Shown here: in pieces, positions 53,801-64,000 of the stretch
How the letters are laid out: the number at the start of each line of letters is the position of its first letter
Position numbering within the stretch: position 1 is the first letter of the stretch
Assembly (NCBI GenBank): GCA_964016885.1
Contig: CAXHJY010001105.1
Location: forward strand, 186,001-250,000
Length of the DNA stretch: 64,000 nucleotides
Direction of reading: 5' to 3'
Source: Eledone cirrhosa
Lineage: Eukaryota
Made by a program: the position numbers and the translations under genes
Notes under the pieces: generated by a model
Database searches by the model: none
What the model saw: only the letters and a program-made list of their open reading frames with translations
What the model was told of the DNA's origin: nothing

Positions 53801-56800
53801 AAAGGCTTAAAGTGTTTATATTTATCTAAAAACCTTCCATCATAGTTTTATGTAAGAACCTTTGTTAAGTTATGTTCCCAACACCAACAGTGTCTTTCAT
53901 TAGAAATATGGAAATGAAAGGGTTAAAGTGTTTATATTTATCTAAAAACCTTCCATCATAGTTTTATGTAAGAACCTTTGTTAAGTTAGGTTCCAAACAC
54001 CAACAATGTCTTTCATTAGAAATATGGAAATGAAAGGGTTAAAGTGTTTATATTTATCTAAAAACCTTCCATCATAGTTTTATGTAAGAACCTTTGTTAA
54101 GTTAGGTTCCAAACACCAACAGTGTCTTTCATTAGAAATATGGAAATGAAAGGGTTAAAGTGTTTATATTTATCTAAAAACTTTCCATCATAGTTTTATG
54201 TAAGAACCTTTGTTAAGTTATGTTCCAAACACCAACATTGTCTTTCATTAGAAATATGGAAATGAAAGGGTTAAAGTGTTTATATTTATCTAAAAACCTT
54301 CCATCATAGTTTTATGTAAGAACCTTTGTTAAGTTATGTTCCAAACACCAACAGTGTCTTCCATTAGAAATATGGAAATGAAAGGGTTAAAGTGTTTCTA
54401 TTTATCTAAAAACCTTCCATCATAGTTTTATGTAAGAACTTTTGTTAAGTTATGTTCCAAACACCAACAGTGTCTTTCATTAGAAATATGGAAATGAAAG
54501 GGTTAAAGTGTTTATATTTATCTAAAAACTTTCCATCATAGTTTTATGTAAGAACCTTTGTTAAGTTATGTTCCAAACACCAACAGTGTCTTTCATTAGA
54601 AATATGGAAATGAAAGGGTTAAAGTGTTTATATTTATCTAAAAACCTTCCATCATAGTTTTATGTAAGAACCTTTGTTAAGTTATGTTCCAAACACCAAC
54701 AGTGTCTTTCATTAGAAATATGGAAATGAAAGGGTTAAAGTGTTTATATTTATCTAAAAACCTTCCATCATAGTTTTATGGAAGAACCTTTGTTAAGTTA
54801 TGTTCCAAACACCAACAGTGTCTTTCATTAGAAATATGGTAATGAAAGGGTTAACGTGTTTATATTTATCTAAAAACCTTCCATCATACTTTTATGTAAG
54901 AACCTTTGTTAAGTTACGTTCCAAACACCAACAGTGTCTTTCATTAGAAATATGGTAATGAAAGGGTTAAAGTGTTTATATTTATCTAAAAACCTTCCAT
55001 CATAATTTTATGTAAGAACCTTTGTTAAGTTATGTTCCAAACACCAACAGTGTCTTTCATTAGAAATATGGTAATGAAAGGGTTAAAGTGTTTATATTTA
55101 TCTAAAAACCTTCCATCATAGTTTTATGTAAGAACCTTTGTTAAGTTATGTTCCAAACACCAACAGTGTCTTTCATTAGAAATATGGTAATGAAAGGGTT
55201 AAAGTGTTTATATTTATCTAAAACCTTCCATCATACTTTTATGTAAGAACCTTTGTTAAGTTATGTTCCAAACACCAACAGTGTCTTTCATTAGAAATAT
55301 GGTAATGAAAGGGTTAAAGTGTTTATATTTATCTAAAAACCTTCCATCATAATTTTATGTAAGAACCTTTGTTAAGTTATGTTCCAAACACCAACAGTGT
55401 CTTTCATTAGAAATATGGTAATGAAAGGGTTAAAGTGTTTATATTTATCTAAAAACCTTCCATCATAGTTTTATGTAAGAACCTTTGTTAAGTTATGTTC
55501 CAAACACCAACAGTGTCTTTCATTAGAAATATGGTAATGAAAGGGTTAAAGTGTTTATATTTATCTAAAACCTTCCATCATACTTTTATGTAAGAACCTT
55601 TGTTAAGTTATGTTCCAAACAACAACAGTGTCTTTCATTAGAAATATGGTAATGAAAGGGTTAAAGTGTTTATATTTATCTAAAAACCTTCCATCATAAT
55701 ATTATGTAAGAACCTTTGTTAAGTTATGTTCCAAACACCAACAGTGTCTTTCATTAGAATTATGGAAATGAAAGGGTTAAAGTGTTTATATTTATCTAAA
55801 AACATTCCATCATAATTTTATGTAAGAACCTTTCTTAAGTTATGTTCCAAACACCAACAGTGTCTTTCATTAGAATTATGGAAATGAAAGGGTTAAAGTG
55901 TTTATATTTATCTAAAACCTTCCATCATACTTTTATGTAAGAACCTTTGTTAAGTTATGTTCCAAACACCAACAGTGTCTTTCATTAGAAATATGGTAAT
56001 GAAAGGGTTAAAGTGTTTATATTTATCTAAAAACCTTCCATCATAATTTTATGTAAGAACCTTTGTTAAGTTATGTTCCAAACACCAACAGTGTCTTTCA
56101 TTAGAAATATGGTAATGAAAGGGTTAAAGTGTTTATATTTATCTAAAAACCTTCCATCATAGTTTTATGTAAGAACCTTTGTTAAGTTATGTTCCAAACA
56201 CCAACAGTGTCTTTCATTAGAAATATGGTAATGAAAGGGTTAAAGTGTTTATATTTATCTAAAAACCTTCCATGATAATTTTATGTAAGAACCTTTGTTA
56301 AGTTATGTTCCAAACACCAACAGTGTCTTTCATTAGAATTATGGTAATGGAAGGGTTAAAGTGTTTATATTTATCTAAAAACCTTCCATCATAATTTTAT
56401 GTAAGAACCTTTCTTAAGTTATGTTCCAAACACCAACAGTGTCTTTCATTAGAATTATGGAAATGAAAGGGTTAAAGTGTTTATATTTATCTAAAAACCT
56501 TCCATCATAATTTTATTTAAGAACCTTTCTTAAGTTATGTTCCAAACACCAACAGTGTCTTTCATTAGAAATATGGTAATGAAAGGGTTAAAGTGTTTAT
56601 ATTTATCTAAAACCTTCCATCATACTTTTATGTAAGAACCTTTGTTAAGTTATGTTCCAAACACCAACAGTGTCTTTCATTAGAAATATGGTAATGAAAG
56701 GGTTAAAGTGTTTATATTTATCTAAAAACCTTCCATCATAATTTTATGTAAGAACCTTTGTTAAGTTATGTTCCAAACACCAACAGTGTCTTTCATTAGA

Positions 56801-59800
56801 AATATGGTAATGAAAGGGTTAAAATGTTTATATTTATCTAAAAACCTTCCATCATAATTTTATGTAAGAACCTTTCTTAAGTTATGTTCCAAACACCAAC
56901 AGTGTCTTTCATTAGAATTATGGAAATGAAAGGGTTAAAGTGTTTATATTTATCTAAAAACCTTCCATCATAATTTTATGTAAGAACCTTTGTTAAGTTA
57001 TGTTCCAAACACCAACAGTGTCTTTCATTAGAAATATGGAAATGAAAGGCTTAAAGTGTTTATATTTATCTAAAAACCTTCCATCATAGTTTTATGTAAG
57101 AACCTTTGTTAAGTTATGTTCCAAACACCAACAGTGTCTTTCATTAGAAATATGGAAATGAAAGGGTTAAAGTGTTTATATTTATCTAAAAACCTTCCAT
57201 CATAGTTTTATGTACGAACCTTTGTTAAGTTAGGTTCCAAACACCAACAATGTCTTTCATTAGAAATATGGAAATGAAAGGGTTAAAGTGTTTATATTTA
57301 TCTAAAAACCTTCCATCATAGTTTTATGTAAGAACCTTTGTTAAGTTAGGTTCCAAACACCAACAGTGTCTTTCATTAGAAATATGGTAATGAAAGGGTT
57401 AAAGTGTTTATATTTATCTAAAAACCTTCCATCATAGTTTTATGTAAGAACCTTTGTTAAGTTATGTTCCAAACACCAACAGTGTCTTTCATTAGAAATA
57501 TGGTAATGAAAGGGTTAAAGTGTTTATATTTATCTAAAACCTTCCATCATAGTTTTATGTAAGAACCTTTGTTAAGTTATGTTCCAAACACCAACAGTGT
57601 CTTTCATTAGAAATATGGTAATGAAAGGGTTAAAGTGTTTATATTTATCTAAAACCTTCCATCATACTTTTATGTAAGAACCTTTGTTAAGTTATGTTCC
57701 AAACACCAACAGTGTCTTTCATTAGAAATATGGTAATGAAAGGGTTAAAGTGTTTATATTTATCTAAAAACCTTCCATCATAATTTTATGTAAGAACCTT
57801 TGTTAAGTTATGTTCCAAACACCAACAGTGTCTTTCATTAGAATTATGGAAATGAAAGGGTTAAAGTGTTTATATTTATCTAAAAACCTTCCATCATAAT
57901 TTTATGTAAGAACCTTTCTTAAGTTATGTTCCAAACACCAACAGTGTCTTTCATTAGAAATATGGTAATGAAAGGGTTAAAGTGTTTATATTTATCTAAA
58001 AACCTTCCATCATAATTTTATGTAAGAACCTTTGTTAAGTTATGTTCCAAACACCAACAGTGTCTTTCATTAGAAATATGGTAATGAAAGGGTTAAAGTG
58101 TTTATATTTATCTAAAAACCTTCCATCATAGTTTTATGTAAGAACCTTTGTTAAGTTATGTTCCAAACACCAACAGTGTCTTTCATTAGAAATATGGTAA
58201 TGAAAGGGTTAAAGTGTTTATATTTATCTAAAACCTTCCATCATACTTTTATGTAAGAACCTTTGTTAAGTTATGTTCCAAACACCAACAGTGTCTTTCA
58301 TTAGAAATATGGTAATGAAAGGGTTAAAGTGTTTATATTTATCTAAAAACCTTCCATGATAATTTTATGTAAGAACCTTTGTTAAGTTATGTTCCAAACA
58401 CCAACAGTGTCTTTCATTAGAATTATGGAAATGAAAGGGTTAAAGTGTTTATATTTATCTAAAACCCTTCCATCATAATTTTATGTAAGAACCTTTCTTA
58501 AGTTATGTTCCAAACACCAACAGTGTCTTTCATTAGAAATATGGTAATGAAAGGGTTAAAGTGTTTATATTTATCTAAAAACCTTCCATCATAATTTTAT
58601 GTAAGAACCTTTGTTAAGTTATGTTCCAAACACCAACAGTGTCTTTCATTAGAAATATGGTAATGAAAGGGTTAAAGTGTTTATATTTATCTAAAAACCT
58701 TCCATCATAGTTTTATGTAAGAACCTTTGTTAAGTTATGTTCCAAACACCAACAGTGTCTTTCATTAGAAATATGGTAATGAAAGGGTTAAAGTGTTTAT
58801 ATTTATCTAAAACCTTCCATCATACTTTTATGTAAGAACCTTTGTTAAGTTATGTTCCAAACACCAACAGTGTCTTTCATTAGAAATATGGTAATGAAAG
58901 GGTTAAAGTGTTTATATTTATCTAAAAACCTTCCATGATAATTTTATGTAAGAACCTTTGTTAAGTTATGTTCCAAACACCAACAGTGTCTTTCATTAGA
59001 AATATGGTAATGAAAGGGTTAAAGTGTTTATATTTATCTAAAAACCTTCCATCATAATTTTATGTAAGAACCTTTGTTAAGTTATGTTCCAAACACCAAC
59101 AGTGTCTTTCATTAGAAATATGGTAATGAAAGGGTTAAAGTGTTTATATTTATCTAAAAACCTTCCATGATAATTTTATGTAAGAACCTTTGTTAAGTTA
59201 TGTTCCAAACACCAACAGTGTCTTCCATTAGAAATATGGTAATGAAAGGGTTAAAGTGTTTATATTTATCTAAAAACCTTCCATCATAATTTTATGTAAG
59301 AACCTTTGTTAAGTTATGTTCCAAACACCAACAGTGTCTTTCATTAGAAATATGGTAATGAAAGGGTTAAAGTGTTTATATTTATCTAAAAACCTTCCAT
59401 CATAGTTTTATGTAAGAACCTTTGTTAAGTTATGTTCCAAACACCAACAGTGTCTTTCATTAGAAATATGGTAATGAAAGGGTTAAAGTGTTTATATTTA
59501 TCTAAAACCTTCCATCATACTTTTATGTAAGAACCTTTGTTAAGTTATGTTCCAAACACCAACAGTGTCTTTCATTAGAAATATGGAAATGAAAGGGTTA
59601 AAGTGTTTATATTTATCTAAAAACCTTCCATGATAATTTTATGTAAGAACCTTTGTTAAGTTATGTTCCAAACACCAACAGTGTCTTTCATTAGAATTAT
59701 GGAAATGAAAGGGTTAAAGTGTTTATATTTATCTAAAACCCTTCCATCATAATTTTATGTAAGAACCTTTCTTAAGTTATGTTCCAAACACCAACAGTGT

Positions 59801-61611
59801 CTTTCATTAGAAATATGGTAATGAAAGGGTTAAAGTGTTTATATTTATCTAAAAACCTTCCATCATAATTTTATGTAAGAACCTTTGTTAAGTTATGTTC
59901 CAAACACCAACAGTGTCTTTCATTAGAAATATGGTAATGAAAGGGTTAAAGTGTTTATATTTATCTAAAAACCTTCCATCATAGTTTTATGTAAGAACCT
60001 TTGTTAAGTTATGTTCCAAACACCAACAGTGTCTTTCATTAGAAATATGGTAATGAAAGGGTTAAAGTGTTTATATTTATCTAAAACCTTCCATCATACT
60101 TTTATGTAAGAACCTTTGTTAAGTTATGTTCCAAACACCAACAGTGTCTTTCATTAGAAATATGGTAATGAAAGGGTTAAAGTGTTTATATTTATCTAAA
60201 AACCTTCCATGATAATTTTATGTAAGAACCTTTGTTAAGTTATGTTCCAAACACCAACAGTGTCTTTCATTAGAAATATGGTAATGAAAGGGTTAAAGTG
60301 TTTATATTTATCTAAAAACCTTCCATCATAATTTTATGTAAGAACCTTTGTTAAGTTATGTTCCAAACACCAACAGTGTCTTTCATTAGAAATATGGTAA
60401 TGAAAGGGTTAAAGTGTTTATATTTATCTAAAAACCTTCCATGATAATTTTATGTAAGAACCTTTGTTAAGTTATGTTCCAAACACCAACAGTGTCTTCC
60501 ATTAGAAATATGGTAATGAAAGGGTTAAAGTGTTTATATTTATCTAAAAACCTTCCATCATAATTTTATGTAAGAACCTTTGTTAAGTTATGTTCCAAAC
60601 ACCAACAGTGTCTTTCATTAGAAATATGGTAATGAAAGGGTTAAAGTGTTTATATTTATCTAAAAACCTTCCATCATAATTTTATGTAAGAACCTTTGTT
60701 AAGTTATGTTCCAAACACCAACAGTGTCTTTCATTAGAAATATGGTAATGAAAGGGTTAAAGTGTTTATATTTATCTAAAACCTTCCATCATAATTTTAT
60801 GTAAGAACCTTTCTTAAGTTATGTTCCAAACACCAACAGTGTCTTTCATTAGAATTATGGAAATGAAAGGGTTAAAGTGTTTATATTTATCTAAAACCCT
60901 TCCATCATAATTTTATGTAAGAACCTTTCTTAAGTTATGTTCCAAACACCAACAGTGTCTTTCATTAGAAATATGGAAATGAAAGGGTTAAAGTGTTTAT
61001 ATTTATCTAAAAACCTTCCATCATACTTTTATGTAAGAACCTTTCTTAAGTTATGTTCCAAACACCAACAGTGTCTTTCATTAGAATTATGGAAATGAAA
61101 GGGTTAAAGTGTTTATATTTATCTAAAACCCTTCCATCATTATTTTATGTAAGAACCTTTCTTAAGTTATGTTCCAAACACCAACAGTGTCTTTCATTAG
61201 AAATATGGAAATGAAAGGGTTAAAGTGTTTATATTTATCTAAAAACCTTCCATCATACTTTTATGTAAGAACCTTTCTTAAGTTATGTTCCAAACACCAA
61301 CAGTGTCTTTCATTAGAAATATGGTAATGAAAGGGTTAAAGTGTTTATATTTATCTAAAAACCTTCCATCATAGTTTTATGTAAGAACCTTTGTTAAGTT
61401 ATGTTCCAAACACCAACAGTGTCTTTCATTAGAAATATGGTAATGAAAGGGTTAAAGTGTTTATATTTATCTAAAAACCTTCCATCATACTTTTATGTAA
61501 GAACCTTTCTTAAGTTATGTTCCAAACACCAACAGTGTCTTTCATTAGAAATATGGTAATGGAAGGGTTAAAGTGTTTATATTTATCTAAAAACCTTCCA
61601 TCATAGTTTTA
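32836..61611. repeat. 116-bp AT-rich satellite, ~248 copies, with higher-order structure
   Basis: Unit gtgtctttcattagaaatatgg(a/t)aatgaaagggttaaagtgtttatatttatctaaaaaccttccatcata(g/a/c)ttttatgtaagaacctttgttaagttatgttccaaacaccaaca; period 116 (32911 to 33027), 115 in 4-A variants. Confidence 0.98.
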
Positions 61612-61742
61612 TCGACCCCGTAAGGATGAAAGGCAAAGTTAACCTCGCCGAGATTTGAACTCAGATCATACAGGGAGGTAACTCTATGCTGGAAAGCATG
61701 GCGTCCGACCCTCTACCGATACTGCCATTCCACCGCCTTAAC
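61607..61742 (-). mobile_element. tRNA-derived SINE 5' part (same family as ~17205-17340)
   Basis: ttatcgaccccgtaaggatgaaaggcaaagttaacctcgccgagatttgaactcag matches 17206-17340. Confidence 0.8.
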
Positions 61743-61759
61743 AATAATTGTTCCAAAGT

Positions 61760-63080
61760 GGAACATGTGGAGAGTATATATTCATGGGGATGCTTGGGGT
61801 ATGCCACTGTCACCTTGGGGTATGTCACTGTGGTTGGGGTGTGCTGTTCTATATGTTTGGGGTATTTGACTGAACGACGGTGGACTTCGTGTCAATCGGT
61901 CCCGGCATAGGCAATGTACCTGCCCATTGTTGCGTGCTCGGTCCGGTGTGCACCTTGGTTTATTTAGGTTTGCCACACGGGGCGTATAATGTCATCAGGG
62001 TGTGGTGTCAGGTCCCTTAATCCTGTTGGGCCGCTCGGGTCTGTGTGTACTCCGTCTCATGCCCCTGGCCCGTGCTACCCGGAGGATTCCATGCTGCAAA
62101 TGTGCATCTTGTCTGGTGTCTGCAGGTCATGACTATCTCCATGGCCTCGTGTAGGCATAATCGGCACTTTCTACTTCCAGCCGAATATGCCCTCGCGTGC
62201 CGAACGATACTCCATTCCAGGGCACACGGAGAGCCTTGGTCTTTCAGGTCCCACACCAGGTCCGCTAACCTAGTGGAGTGCCATTTTGCTACGGTCCCTA
62301 AAGGAATTTGTGTGATTATACATTCGCGATTTAAAGGTCGTGGATGTTGCGCCGATGTAGGTGCGATGAGCATTTTGGGTTCTAACCACACATTTGTATA
62401 TCAGGTCCTTCGTCAGGCATTTTCCCTGTAGGGGGCACTGGGTGCCGCTCTGCAGTTACAAGTTCTGTTGTCAGTTCTTTTGCATCTGATGTCTGGGCCT
62501 CGCTCTGTTATGGCCCTCTCAAGGTTCCCAGGGTGTTGTTCCGCCGACACGGTCGTCTCCCCTATGCCACTTGTTCCCTCACGCCGTTGGACCACATCAC
62601 CTTCTGCGGGCGTTTCGGCCGCCTCGGAGGCCTGAGTTGTCATTTGAGGGCCGGTCCCCAGGTCGACCCCCTCGCTCCGATAGACCGTCATTCTGTCGCC
62701 GCGGTTGACGGCCAATGCTCGCCGTCTTCACCGCGTTAGTTTTAGCCATGTAGTCGGCCATGTTAGATGCTGTGGAGAAGGAAAACTTCACCGTGTGGCG
62801 TTTGAAGATTTTGTTGTACTTGTTCGTCGGCGGAAAGCACTCATCCAACGCTCAGAAAAAAGGTCCTGGCACGTTGGTGCGTCCATGTTTGGAGTAAGGC
62901 GCATTAAACCAAGTAACGGCCTTAGATCTGTTCCTTCGCGTGCGTCGAGTCCTGTTGGTGTGTCCTGGATCTGATGTCCGTCCCGTGCTCTGCCCAGCCA
63001 CAATTACATCTCCTGTGTTGTCTCTATGTGCCCGCTGTGGGTATCGGGGGTTATGCCCTTCAGTTATTAAGTTATGTCGT
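61760..63080 (-). mobile_element. Decayed Penelope-like element (Naiad-type): RT thumb, Cys linker, GIY-YIG endonuclease
   Basis: Across frameshifts: WFNAPYS, CFPPTNKYNKIFKRHTVKFSFS, CNC-x5-CPLQGKCL, DLIY...TYIG...FKSRMYNH, WSIV...CRLCLHE. Confidence 0.85.
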
Positions 63081-63085
63081 TCTAT

Positions 63086-64000
63086 GTTGTCAGATATACA
63101 TCTAGTCCCCTTATGTCTATGTGATGCTGTTGTCAGCTATACATCTAGTCCCCTTATGTCTATGTGATGCTGCTGTCGGCTATACATCTAGTCCCCTTAT
63201 GTCTGTGATGCTGTTGTCTGCTATACATCTAGTCCCCTTATGTCTATGTGATGCTGTTGTCAGCTATACATCTAGTCCCCTTATATCTATGTGATGCTGT
63301 TGTCAGCTATACATCTAGTCCCCTTATGTCTATGTGATGCTGCTGTCGGCTATACATCTAGTCCCCTTATGTCTATGTGATGCTGTTGTCAGCTATACAT
63401 CTAGTCCCCTTATGTCTATGTGATGCTGTTGTCAGCTATACATCTAGTCCCCTTATGTCTATGTGATGCTGCTGTCAGCTATACATCTAGTCCCCTTATG
63501 TCTATGTGATGCTGCTGTCAGCTATACATCTAGTCCCCTTATGTCTATGTGATGCTGTTGTCAGCTATACATCTAGTCCCCTTATGTCTATGTGATGCTG
63601 CTGTCAGCTATACATCTAGTCCCCTTATGTCTATGTGATGCTGTTGTCAGCTATACATCTAGTCCCCTTATGTCTATGTGATGCTGCTGTCAGCTATACA
63701 TCTAGTCCCCTTATGTCTATGTGATGCTGCTGTCAGCTATACATCTAGTCCCCTTATGTCTATGTGATGCTGCTGTCAGCTATACATCTAGTCCCCTTAT
63801 GTCTATGTGATGCTGCTGTCGGCTATACATCTAGTCCCCTTATGTCTATGTGATGCTGCTGTCGGCTATACATCTAGTCCCCTTATGTCTATGTGATGCT
63901 GCTGTCGGCTATACATCTAGTCCCCTTATGTCTATGTGATGCTGCTGTCAGCTATACATCTAGTCCCCTTATGTCTATGTGATGCTGCTGTCGGCTATAC
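63086..64000. repeat. 43-bp minisatellite running off the window end
   Basis: Unit ctatacatctagtccccttatgtctatgtgatgctg(t/c)tgtc(a/g)g. Confidence 0.97.

Noticed and set aside
32836-61611. CRISPR-like or ribozyme-bearing interpretation of the 116-bp array
   Set aside because: No unique spacers, no cas genes, and no CTGANGA/GAAA core on either strand.
61965-62002. Hammerhead in the Penelope 3' region (minus strand CTGATGA...GCAAAC)
   Set aside because: GAAA is disrupted and no stem I/III pairing is evident; at most a decayed remnant.

Overview
Eukaryotic, repeat-dominated DNA; the SINE, RTE and Penelope content suggests an octopus/coleoid cephalopod (inference). Three in-frame minus-strand exons of a phospholipase B-like 2 (PLBD2-type) gene lie at 20126-20041, 13461-13235 and 3486-3398, and the rest is probably intronic. 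The window holds a near-intact 5.65-kb L1/Tx1-type LINE inserted in a 72-bp minisatellite, a truncated relative, two decayed PHD-finger RTE LINEs, tRNA-derived SINEs sharing an RTE 3' tail, a Naiad-type Penelope fragment, several minisatellites and a ~28.8-kb array of a 116-bp satellite. The main signal is self-cleaving RNA. A ~466-bp tandem repeat (29824-32499) carries a complete minimal hammerhead ribozyme motif in each of its six units, with an octamer upstream, on the host-gene sense strand (retrozyme/newt-satellite-2-like). Four more unrelated hammerhead motifs, three tied to long inverted repeats, cluster at 21.3-24.9 kb. All folds were read by eye and ribozyme activity is untested.
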